Shown piece after piece: positions 48,153 to 59,284 of a stretch of DNA of 64,000 bases. Below the pieces are notes generated by a model. That model did no database searches. It saw nothing but the letters and a program-made list of their open reading frames with translations, and was not told the DNA's origin. Numbering within the stretch: position 1 is the first letter of the stretch; each line of letters begins with the position of its first letter. The position numbers and the translations under genes were made by a program. Source of the stretch: Balamuthia mandrillaris (Eukaryota); assembly GCA_031835245.2 (NCBI GenBank), contig JAVKOQ020000015.1, positions 124,001 to 188,000 of the forward strand, in the 5' to 3' direction.

Positions 48153-50792
48153 TTAGTGAATGCTCTTCTTCACCACCCGGAGGATGTCTTTGGGATGAGG
48201 GCGGTCCCTGTTGCCAAAGAAGTTGGCCCAGTTCGGCACCGGCGTCCAGCTGTACAGCAACCGCCCTTCGTTGTCCACCACGAACAACGCCGGGCGCGTC
48301 ATCTTCCTGCTCGGGTACTCCTTGGCGTTCTCGATCTTCTTGGCCACCGAGCGAAGCAGCTCCTTGGGGGCGGCAAACTCTCCGCCCAGGTAGGTGTAGA
48401 GGGAGAGGTCGATGTCTCCCAGGTTGGGCACACGGTGGATGTTGTTGGCACGGGCGTCCTCGAGAGCCGATTCCTGGGCCATGCTGCTCATTCCAAAGAC
48501 AGCGCCGCCGAGGGAGTGGATTCGCTTGGCATATCTGTTCCATACTCTCAGATATCCCTTAAATAATATGTTGTGGTAAGCAACTGAACGAACATAAAGA
48601 GAAGAAACACACAGAAAGCGGGAAAGAGGAGCCGAACCCCGCACAATGGACACCACAAGCCTTTGTGGTAGACAAGAACGGTGAAGCGGTGATGCTTCCT
48701 CTCCGCTTCGAACCAGTCTATCGAGCGTTCAAAGTCTTGCGGATCATACACCATTCCGATCTTGAAGTTCTCGTCTTCTTCCTTTTCACTATCCTCCTCT
48801 CTTTCAGGACTGGTAAACAACAGCACAATAAGAAAATGAACAAGAAAGTCAAGAAGAGAAGATAGCTTACGTTTGCTGTTTGGCTGAGAGAGACTGTCTC
48901 ACTTGCTGCAACGCATCTTTCAGACGAAAAGAGAGTTCTTCTGTGTCTTCGCCGCTTGCTTCCTTAGCAGCTCTCAGTTCTTCCCTCTTGTCGTTGGCGT
49001 TATTGAGGTGGTTGTCATCATCCTCATCACATGAACAATCACAATCGCTGCAATCCAAAGAGGACCGCTGTTGTTGCAGACGAGACACCTGGTCAAAGTT
49101 TGGATCGCCTTTATCGACAAAAGACATCAACAGTTGGCCAAACTTCTCCATGTTGTCTTCATTCCATGCTAAGCGTTGATATGAAGGAAGGTGTCAGGAA
49201 GAAGGGCAAGATACGGAAAAAGAAAAAGAAAGAGGACAAAGGAAGAAGCAACTTACAGGCCATGAATGATTGAACAAGAGGATCCTCTTGGTTTGCTTGC
49301 ACGGGCTTTGGTTGGTTGCTTTGACGAATCAACTTCTTAATGGCTCTGTCCACTTGGCGTTGATTCTGGTCGAGATAGTTGAAGATGTGTTCCAGTTCCT
49401 TCTCTTTCGTGATGACCGTTTTGTCTTCTGCTTTCTCAGCCTTTGGGCACCGACGTATCAAACACTTTTTCTTCTCTTTTTTCTTTCCGCCTTCTTTGGC
49501 CTCTCCTTCGTCCTCCTCGCTTTCCGCTTTGTCCTCTTCTTGCTGCTTTGTTACCATCGAAAGTGAGAACAAGAACGAAAGAGAAGAGAAGAGAAGGATA
49601 AAGAGAAGTGAAGAAAGAAACGACAAGAAAGAAAAAGAGAGAGACGAACGATAAGAAGCTCACAAAGCTGAAGCATCAATTGTTGGTTGCTTTGAATGAA
49701 GCTGTTGAGCGGCTTCCAATCCTTCTTCTGGAAGTCTTGTCCAGAAGCCAAAGACAACAACACTTTAGAGACCAACACAACGTTTCGCCTTTGGTCTTTG
49801 TCGTGACTGTCCTTCAACTTGAACGTTACCAGATCTGTTTGGTTTCACGTTAAAAGATAAGGAGGACAATGATAACCTAGAGAGGAAACGTTACTGGGAC
49901 AAACGAATCGAAGGAAGAAGACAGCCGAAACGGTGTTGCGTAAGACCTGCTCTTTCTCCATCTCTGGAAACCGCTTCGAAGTGGCCTCAACCACTTGTCT
50001 CAAAACGAAACGAAGTTTTCTGCATGCAAGAAAAACAAGACGTAAGGAAAGAGGAAGCGAGAAAGAGAGAAAGAGAGGAAAACCGCACGAAGGAAAAAGC
50101 GAAACGGTCTCTACCAAAGTTTCAAGAAAGTATTGACAGTGCTCTTTCAGCTTCTCGGCATTCTTTCTTCTCTGCTCTTCTTCCTTCAACCATATGCTTT
50201 CTATCTGTGATTTTTCAGAGTTTTTACTCTTAAACAAAAACAAAAATAAAGAAGAAGAGTGAGTTGTTAAGTACCTCTAACGCCTTCCTCTCTTGCAAAA
50301 GTCGTTTCATGGCCCGTTTGAGGCCGTGCCTCAGGTAGTGCTGCCCCTCCAGCTCCATCAGATGGGAGAGGAGAATGCTGCCGATGCTGGACTCCCTCAG
50401 CAGCAGCGTGGTGGACTGCAGCTCTTCCACCTCCCTTTGGACCGTCCTGGCTACGAGCTCAGCGGAGCAGTCGTGGAGGTGGTGGAAGCGGAGCCATGCC
50501 TGAGGGACCTCGGGGGAGGTTGTCCAGAGGCCCATCGTGTGAAGCGCGGAAGAGGTCAGGAGAAAAGGCAGAGGAGAGGCCTTGTCTTTGTTGAACTTAG
50601 CCTCGGGGAGAGTGGAGAGAGTGGTGAGCGGAGAGGCATCGGCCAAGAGGAGCGCTTCCAAAGGTTGGTATGTTGACTCGGCCTATTGGGAGGAGAAACA
50701 GTAAGCAACAACAGAACGGCATATAGCACAGGAGGAGAGGAGAGGAACGCGGATACCATGGTGGTACTGATTGCTTGTGTTGCGGCTGACAT
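48153..50792 (-). CDS. RasGAP domain fused to C-terminal peroxiredoxin-like (AhpC/TSA, CxxC) domain
   Basis: RasGAP motifs EVEELQSTTLLLRESS, FFLRFVCP, RRNVVLVSKVLLSLA. Redoxin motifs TVLVYHKGLWCPLC, RPALFVVDNEG, DRPHPKDIL. All linking introns are in phase. Confidence 0.8.
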
Positions 50793-51097
50793 TGGTTGAT
50801 GCTTGGCGAAAGGCTGCGGAGCATGAAGAAGAAGAAAAAAAAATGGGCGCCGGTGGTGGTGGTGGACCGAAAGAATATCCACGAAACGCCCCGAAATAAC
50901 GCCATTACAGCCTTGTAACGGGGAATTTTCTGCTTATACTGTTATTTCCTATTGGTTGTCTGGTAAAAACAAATTTTCCCGATTGGTTTACCGCTGCCTT
51001 TAGTCCCGAAAAAAATCACCGGAGATAACTAGCAAGACCTACCGGTCACGACCAACAGGAGGAGGATATAGACAAGAACACAATACACGCACCATAG

Positions 51098-51503
51098 AAT
51101 GGCCACCAAAAAAAATCAAGCTCAGCCACGAACAGTTCGTTACTAAAGAAGGAAGAAGCAGACGAGGATGAAACCGATGGAGTGTTCATGAATGCTAGTA
51201 TCGTTACAGTATCACCATGACTTTGAGTACGACGAAAATGAGTTTGAGACTGCGATGACGACGGTGATGAGGACTACGTTTACGGAGTGAGGGAAGACAC
51301 TTCGGAAAGTAGAGGTTATTATGTGAAGAAAGTGGAGAATATGAAACATACGAGGAGGAGGGCTATAGTGGCGAAGATGCTGAAGCAGAACCAACGGAAG
51401 GAGGCTTTGATAACGAAGGAGGTACACCGACAAGAACAACAGAAGATGAATATGGGAACAATTGTCAAGAAGCAGAAACAGAGACAAACCTACCTGCGTA
51501 TTA
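51098..51503 (+). pseudogene. Possible decayed acidic (D/E/Y-rich) coding sequence
   Basis: Acidic peptide runs (EEADEDETDG, HDFEYDENEFE, DDDGDEDYVYG, YEEEGYSGEDAEAE) are spread over different frames with stops between them. Confidence 0.3.
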
Positions 51504-51538
51504 GCAAAAATATTTATAGAACATACAGAAAGTAGAGC

Positions 51539-51582
<44 letters not shown>

Positions 51583-52009
51583 AAAGAAACTCATTCCATA
51601 TGTGTTACAGCATACAAACATCAACTTTCAGACCTTGTCCTTCTTTTAGGACTTGATGATGGGAATAGGGTCCAGAATGCATTGTCGCATTTCATTGCGA
51701 CTGAGATAAAGTGCCGGAATTTGTAAAACAAAAGGGACTTCGTGCCAACAAGGTTTTTATACGGCAGGAAGAAAAACTCAGCAGCAGGAGGCATCATTGT
51801 AAGTGCAAAGCGTCAAAAAAAAACCCAAGTAGGAATTTCCTGAGAATTTCTTCGCCTCTCCCAACAACACTTAAATGCTTTCCAGGAAATAATTAAGCTG
51901 TTTTTTTTTTTCACGTGCTCCCGTTTCTTCTTCTTTTTGTTTGTTTGCTGCTGCCCTGCCCTGGCAAAAGACTCTTTAAACCCAACAAGCAAAAAAAAAA
52001 AAAAAAAAC

Positions 52010-52345
52010 ATGCCACAGCGTTTCGATGGGGATGACGACGGATGGGATTGCCATCACGAAGAATATGATGACTACGACGAGCCACCCCACCACGAATCTA
52101 GTTACAGCGGGAGAGAGCCCAACCATGCGTCCGCGGACGACAGCCTTGCGGCGTGTGGTGCTATCCTGGTGGTGTTAATCCTTTTGTTTGTCTTCTATGG
52201 TGGACGTTCCGTTGGGGTAAGCGCCCCATGGCCTGATCACTTTCCAGCTCATCCACATGAGGATACCAGGCATTGGGATGGTCCCTACGACGACGACGAC
52301 GTACCTTGGGGCTATGAACATGAATATCATTATGACGAGTTTTAG
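52010..52345 (+). CDS. Small single-TM His/Asp-rich orphan protein
   Basis: 111-aa ORF with A-rich leader before ATG, central hydrophobic helix and coherent H/D/Y/W-rich flanks; no family recognised. Confidence 0.55.
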   Translation: MPQRFDGDDDGWDCHHEEYDDYDEPPHHESSYSGREPNHASADDSLAACGAILVVLILLFVFYGGRSVGVSAPWPDHFPAHPHEDTRHWDGPYDDDDVPWGYEHEYHYDEF

Positions 52346-52540
52346 AGAGAGAAGACAAAAAGAGCGGGCGTGTGAGTGAGAGTCCCTCTCTCTCTCTCTC
52401 TCTCTCTCTGTGTTGTAGTTCAACTGTTGCAAATCCAGACGCACAAATAAAAGTCAAAGCTTGGCCCTTTTACTCTTCCCACGTCTCCCCTTGTTCTTCT
52501 GTTTTAAGAAAAGAGAAGAATGATGCTCACTTTGAGGTTT

Positions 52541-55500
52541 TTACTTATCCGCGTCGCTTTCCTCGCTTCCGAATAGGTCATTGTCAGAGAGGCCTCCGCT
52601 CTTCTGGTCTTCCTCCTTATCTGCTCCCTTCTCTTCACGTTCTTCCTTTCTTCCCTCCCTCTTTGACAACTTTCTCCGTTTCTTCTCTTTGTTGCTATTG
52701 CTGCTTTCTTCGTTCTCTTCATGTTCATTGTTGACGCTGCTTTCGTTGTTTCTTCCTCTTCTCTTTCTGGCCAACTCACGTAAGCTATCTCGACGATTTT
52801 GTTCTTCATCTTCTTCTTCTGCTTCTTCTTTGTCTCGATTATCTCCTTCTGTCTTTTGCTTGCTCTTTCCTCGTCTCGAGGATTGTTTCCTGGTCTTCTT
52901 ACCCTTCTTCTTTCCTCCTCTTTCTTCTTCTTCCTCTCCCGCCATCATTTCTGCTTCTTCTTCACTATCCTCTAACTCACCTGAACTATACTCGCTGTCT
53001 CCATCATCTCTTTCAGAAGAACGTCCCTTTCTACCCTTTCCTGTCCCTTTTCCTTTCTTCGATGAAGAAGATGAAGACTTACGAGTGGTAGGTACTTCCT
53101 TTTGGTCCTGGGCAAGAAGCAGTTGCTGAACTCGTTCTTCATCCTGCAACACGAGCAGTCGAAGACGTTCTTGCTCCTCAGCCTCTTGTCGAACCCTTTC
53201 GGCCTCTTCTTTCTGCTTCTCGTTGGCCACTTGCTCTGCCAGCTGGCGCAACCGGTTTCTCTGGTCTATAGCATCTCGTTCTTGTTTTTTTGCGTCCTTC
53301 AACTTGTCCAGCAGTGTTCCATGATGTTGCTTATTAATAAGTAAACATGATGAGGATGATTAGACGAAATTACTTTCAATAAGAAAAGAATAGAGTAAGG
53401 CAAAAAGGAAAAGAAGAAAGAAGAGGAGGTTACCTCGCATTCTTCGAGATGTTTTTGGGCCTTAGATACGTGATACGGCAATCGCATTTTGGTAGATTGG
53501 TTTGCCAAATCTTGCCAAGTCCTGTAAGATTGAGAATAAGTTATGTGCAGAGAAGCGAACATACAAAACTAGAGAATACGAACGCAATGGCTTGCTTAAG
53601 CTCCTTCAAAGCATCTTGCATGTCTTTCAAAGACTTGTTGTTAGCGTTCATGGTGGTGACAGCAAAGCTTTCCTGAGACAGCGCGAGGTTATACCACAAT
53701 AAAAGATTGTCAGGAGTGATATGGATGGCGTTGAGAAGAGCATTCTTGCAATCCTGAAGTCTTCCATCCTCGTAAAAAGCTTTTGCAAGGAAGAGAAGAA
53801 TGTTGGGGTCTTTGTTGTCATAAAACTTGCGAAGGCAGTTTTGATACTGTTTGTTTGAGTTAGAAAGTAATAGCAAAAGAAAACTAACCAGATAAAGAAA
53901 AAAAAAGAAGATAAAACGAAGCTCAGTTGACAACTGTTCACAGCATTAAGTGTTTAAATGGGGTTGTACGGCCCCTCTCAGACCGCCCGACGTTGTGCAA
54001 CTCATCATAGCCCAAAAAAAAAAGAGAAGCGAGAAGAGAAGCAAATAGCTAAGCCAAGAAAGCAAGAGTACCATTTTGATAGCATTAACAAATTGGCCTT
54101 GCGCAAGATAGATATGAGCGAGATTGACCCAAACATCAGCCATGGAGGCGGTAGTCTCCCTAACTTTGATGAAGAAGTCTTTTGCCTCGTTGAGATTGCC
54201 TTTCTCTGCCATGATGATGCCAATGCCGTTTGCTGCGTAGATGTTGTTGGGGTTACGAAGCAGCACTTTCCAATAAAAGTCCAGTGCATGATTCAAAAAG
54301 CGTTCTCGCTTTATGTTTGAGTTGTGAAAGGAAGAAAGAAGAAGTTAGAAAAGAAAGCGTACGAGACCGAAATAAAAAGATGAGGAATGAAGCAGAGGAT
54401 ATAGAAGAGTAAGGAAGCACTAACCTTTTCCTTTTCCTTCTTTTCAAACTTGGCAATGTAATAAATATTTCCCAACGAGAGCAAGGCGTACTGATCATTA
54501 TGCGTCTCCGAGTTGGCAATGATGTGTTCGAATCTCTTCTGCGCTTTTATCCACTCGCACTGCTGCAAATGGAGGTTGGCCAACAGGGACCAAGCATCCG
54601 CATGGTTGGGGTCGATAGTGAAGGTCTCCTTGAACCACTCTCCTGCCGCCCAAATCTGTCCCTTCTCTCGAGCAATGCAGCCCAAACGCAAATAGCAGTC
54701 TACATAGTTTGGATGCTCCTTCAAGAGCTCCTTGTAGAGCCTCTCAGCGGCACTGAACTTGTGTTGGCTCTCGTAGAGGCGAGCGAGGTTATAGAGAGTG
54801 GTCACGTCTTTTGCCTTGAAGCTCTCTTCGGAGGCGCCGGTCGCGGAGAGTGCGCGGCGGTAGGCGGCCTCAGCGGAGCTAAAGTTGCCGAGGTAGTGGT
54901 GGAGGGAGCCGATGTTGTTGAGCAGCTCTGGCGGAATGGGTTTCTCCTCTTTTTCCAGCAGATTGAGAGCAGTTTCATAGGCTACAAAACAAGTTTATGA
55001 ATACAAAGAAATAAATAAAGAAAAAAGAAAGGAAAAAGGAGAAGGAGAATTGACACAATACCTGTTAAAGCCTGAGGCGGGTCTTTCTTGTCAAGCAGCT
55101 GAGCATAGTCCAACCACACCGATGAGTCAGCGCAATTTGGATTGGTGTCAATGATACGTTTGTATGAAGCTGTGGCTTTGTCCTTTCGTCCTGTAATAGT
55201 ATATAAACATCCCAAAGCCTAAATACAAAACATGAACAAAGCCAGAAGACAGAATAAAACCAAATGTTCATGAGTTCATTCTGAATAATTTTCTCGCCCA
55301 CTAAAAAAGAGTTACCCGCAGAGTTTCAAAGTTATCGGGTTGCTTTTTGAGTACAGCGTTAAAGCAAGTAATCGCTTTTTCGTGATCTCCTGTTCGGCAA
55401 TGAAGCATTGATAGGTATGATAGAGAACGATGAGTCACAAAAATAAAACTCAAAGAAAAACATGTTGAAAGAAAAGGAATAAAAAACGGCAAGAATAAAA

Positions 55501-57041
55501 ATGAAAGAGAACAACTCACCGTTGTGCATATACATCTGTCCCAATCCGTACTGCGCAAGCACATACTCTGGCCACGCTGTGGTCGCCCGATAATAATACT
55601 GTATGGCCTTGTCATACTCTCCCTGCGCATGACACGCTCTTCCCAAGTAATAATAGCTCTCCGCTTGCACTTCTTTAATCTGCGTGTTGTTGAACGCGGC
55701 TTGAGCCAAGCTAATGGCTTTGCGATAATCCTTCTTGTAGAAAAAGTGGTTAGAGAGATGGTTCAGCACAACAGCGTTGTTGGGATCGGCCTCGTAGGCT
55801 TGCTTTAACAGGTTCATGGCTTTGTGTACGGAGGAAGGCTTGCGAGTGTTCAGCTCTAACACTGCCAAAGCTGCCAACGCTTGAGCATTGTCCTCTCCTT
55901 CCTCGAGCTCTAACACGCGGCGAAAGGCCTGTTTAGCCAGCTCAGGGCGGTTGAGGCGGTAGAAGCAGAGCCCCAGACCTAGGCGCACGTTGGCAGGGCA
56001 ATTGGGATTGTACTCCAACGCGAGGCGGTAGTAGCGGAGAGCATCTGCGTAACGTTTCTGGTTGTAGGCTATGCATGCCTTTTGTGTTTTTGTTTTGTGT
56101 TTGAGATAAAGCGAAGAGAGAAGCAAAAGCAACAGAGAAGAGTTGAAAAAGCAACAACATACCTGACCAAGCAAAGCGGGAGTGTTTTGCTTGTTCTGAG
56201 AGAGAACTGTCTCAAAGTACTTTTGAGCACGATCATAGGCGCCCTTGCAGAGCAGCAAGACAGCCTTGCCGACCCAGGTCAGCTCCTCGTGCATGTCGAT
56301 GTTGTCGGCTTTGTTGTAGTAGGCTGTGGCCTGGTCAAAGCATTCCTCTCGGCGGGCCTCTTTGGCCTCGCTGGCCAGCTTGACGTAGTGAGCGGCCAAC
56401 ACGGTCAGAATGGCGATACGCTGTTTTTGGGACTGTGGGTCTCCGTAGATGACTCCCAGATCTTTTTTTATAATGCAAAGGAAGAAGGAACAGGAAGAAA
56501 GAACAGGAAGGAAGGAAGGAGAGAGAAGAAGGAAGGAAGAAACGACGAGGAGATCAGCGGAAGGAAGGAGAACAAAAGAGAGACCGAGGAGGAGGGAGAA
56601 GAGAAGGAAAGAGCGCAGAGCAGCAAAAGGAGACAAAAAGCAGGAAGCGAACCATCGCCGGAAACTAATTCGAGGATTTTCTTGAACGAATCGACGTCAC
56701 CTTGCTTGTAGTATTCCACCTTGGATAACCAGCAAAAAAAAAAAGAGTCAGATTTTTTGTGATCCTCACTTAAAAGCACACAAACGTACCGCAAAGCGAA
56801 GCCAAGTGTCGAGAGGGGCAAGCTCTGGTTTCAAGATATCGATGATGTCTTGCGGATCCTTGGGCAGCTCGTCAACGCGCACCTTCACGTACTCATCCGA
56901 GTGCCGCACCGGGATCATGATGCACTCTCCCTCGTCCTCCCCTTCTTCCTCCTCTTCCTCCTCCTCCTCTTCCATCCGCGGCACCTCCTCTTCCTCCTCC
57001 ATTCCGTTGTCCAGCGTTGGTGCTCTCCTCTCCGCTTCCAT
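52541..57041 (-). CDS. CTR9: PAF1 complex subunit CTR9 (TPR protein)
   Basis: IPVRHSDEYVKV..ELAPLDTWL..EYYKQG, many TPRs, HPNYVDCYLRLG, NIYAANGIG, VWVNLAHIY, acidic/basic tail; exons join in phase. Confidence 0.95.
53918..54013 (-). ncRNA. Intronic box C/D snoRNA, U43/snR70-like (SSU rRNA Cm at E. coli 1402-equivalent)
   Basis: Inside a CTR9 intron, sense to the host: box C ATGATGA (54008-54002), guide CGTCGGGCGGT + D' CTGA, D CTGA (53926-53923), terminal stem GGGC/GCTT. The guide pairs with SSU ACCGCCCGUCG and the D+5 rule selects the C following ACCG. Confidence 0.8.
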
Positions 57042-57296
57042 TCCGTTGCTGATCAAATCTTTTTTCTTTGCTTGTGTCGACGCTAAAATCGCTTCATGAC
57101 TCCTCAAAATTATTTTATGACGACAATTAGGATTTTTGTAGACAAAGAAAAACGTTCGTTTTGTTGTCGACTTAGAGACGACATGAGTGTTGTCGACGAA
57201 TTTTTTACAAGACGACGTGGCTCTTCGACTTCGAGACGACACGATTTTGTCGGCACTAATTATCTGTCGAGACGACGTGAAAGCAAGACCCCAAGA
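57042..57296. promoter_or_regulatory. Bidirectional CTR9/IYD promoter with clustered GTCGAC/GACGAC motifs
   Basis: 255 bp between divergent ATGs; GTCGAC at 57076, 57166 and 57192 plus several single-mismatch variants. Confidence 0.6.
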
Positions 57297-58949
57297 ATGA
57301 AGTTAGAAGTGGAGTGGAAGGTGGACCAAGCAGCGTTGTTGGTGGCATCGCTGGCTGTGCTCATTGCCGTGGTGTTTCTCGTCCTCCCTCGCGTTTTTTG
57401 GACCAGCAAAACAAATCATCGTTTACCTGTGAAACACGTTCGTGATTTTTTCATTCTCTCCTCTTTCTTGAAGTTAAGTTTTACATCTGCAGAGAAACCG
57501 CAAAGAAGCGGAGGAGGAGGAAGGACAAGAGACCGAGGCAGACCAGGAAGAAGAAGAGGTGTTGAACCATGAAAAGGAGCATGCGCCCAAAACGTCCTCT
57601 GTTCGTCCTTTTGTAAAAGGTGAAGAGGAAGCGTCTCATGTCCCGTTTGTACATGAGCGTCTCAGCGAGCAAGAAGCCATTCAACGGTCTCAGCAGTTTT
57701 ATGAGCTCATGAACAAACGACGTTCTGTTCGTATGTTCAGGTACTTGCTCTTGTTGCTTCATTCTTTTTCGCCTTCCTTCGTCTCTTCAGCTGTTGTTAT
57801 AACTTCGCTTTTTTTCATTTCGCAGCAAAGAGTCGGTTCCATTTGAAGTCATAGAGAACGCCATTCTCACAGCTGGAACTGCTCCTTCCGGAGGTTAGTT
57901 TGGTTGCTGTTCTTCTGCTTCTTCTTCTTGTTCTTCTTTCTTCTTGTTCTTGTTCTTCTTTCTTCTTGTTCTTCTTCTTCTTCTTCTTCTTCTTCTTCTG
58001 CTTCTTCTTCTTCTGCTTCTGCTTCTGCTTCTTCTTCTTCTTCTTGTTCTTGTTCTTCTTCTTCTTCTTCTTTTTGTTTTGGGATTTGTCTTTATCTTCC
58101 TTTATTCTTTTTCTCATTCTTCTGCTTCTGCTTATCCTTCTTGTCGTCGACAAAGCTCACAAACAGGTTTGTACTAAACAGCTTCATCTTTCTCATCCTT
58201 TGTACATACTGTCTTACATTTATCTGTTTCACGTCTCAGCCATGGACATTCGTGGTGGTAAAGGATGCTATGGTGAAGCGACAAATAAGAGAGGCAGCTG
58301 AAAGAGAAGAAAAGTACAATTACGAGAAAAGAATGTCTAAAACTTGGCTCAAAGATATTTCTCACCTAGGCACCAACTGGAAGAAACCGTATTCTTTCTC
58401 TTCATCTTCTTTCCTTGTCCTTCTCCTTCTCTTTCCTCCTTCTTACCAACCGTTTCTCTAAAACAGGCATTTAACAGATGCTCCTTATGTCATCGTTGTG
58501 TTCAAGCAACAATGGGGAGCATTGGAAGACGGTAGCAAAGACGTTCACTACTATCAAGAAAAATCGGTGGGCATCGCTGTCGGCATGCTCATTACCGCTT
58601 TGCACAACGCTGGGCTTGTTACTTTGTAACGTCTTCCTCTCATCTGCTTTTGTGTTATTTGACGTACTCACCCAAAGCGAAACAGAACTCACACGCCAAC
58701 ACCCATGGGATTCCTTTCAAAGATTTTGAAGCGCCCCTCTAACGAAAAGCCATTCATTGGTTTGTTCTCTCTGCTGTCCCTGCTGTCTCTCTCTCTCTCT
58801 CTCTCTCTCTCCCTCTCTATCTCTATCTCTCTCTTCTCTGATAGCTGTTTTGGTTGCAAACAGTGCTCCCAGTGGGCTACCCAAGCACAGATGCAACTGT
58901 GCCTCTTCTCCACCGCAAGCCTTTACAGGATATTATGGCTGTGGTCTAA
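57297..58949 (+). CDS. IYD: Iodotyrosine deiodinase (nitroreductase superfamily) with N-terminal membrane anchor
   Basis: RSQQFYELMNKRRSVRMF, AGTAPSGAHKQPWTFVVV, EEKYNY, TNWKKP, HYYQEKSVGIA, THTP, LPVGYP..ATVP. Eight exons including an 11-nt microexon. Confidence 0.92.
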
Positions 58950-59284
58950 ACGCCAACCCCAAATGTATTGGAAAACGTGTGGGGTCTCTCTGATGGGGCG
59001 GGGCTGTCGTCAACTCCAACGGTAGACTCTTCAGGCCCAGGGGTGCTGATGATCCAAAGTAATGGAGGCGCCTGAACGCAAGAACATCCAAGGACCAAGC
59101 AAAGCAGCGCTGGCACTCGTCTTGCGTTGTCGGTCCCTATGACTGCGTTGAATGGTACCTATGCTTCTTAGAAAATCAAAAAAAGAGGAGCTTTTTTTGT
59201 TGATGAAGGAGGTTTCACGCTGAGAGGCCACCTCGATAGGGGGACCAGGTGTTTTGGTTGTTTGCTTTTGTTTTCTCTGCGCCT

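Noticed and set aside
48630..48660. Selenocysteine in the redoxin CxxC
   Set aside because: Both codons are Cys (TGT, TGC); no in-frame TGA or SECIS seen.
50510..50581. Possible in-frame 72-nt GC-AG intron in RasGAP exon 2
   Set aside because: Weak donor and the frame is open either way; cannot be decided without cDNA.
51650..51710. TGATGA..CTGA pair as a C/D snoRNA
   Set aside because: Too short, no convincing terminal stem or internal boxes; similar lone C boxes at 8325 and 1285 lack a D box.
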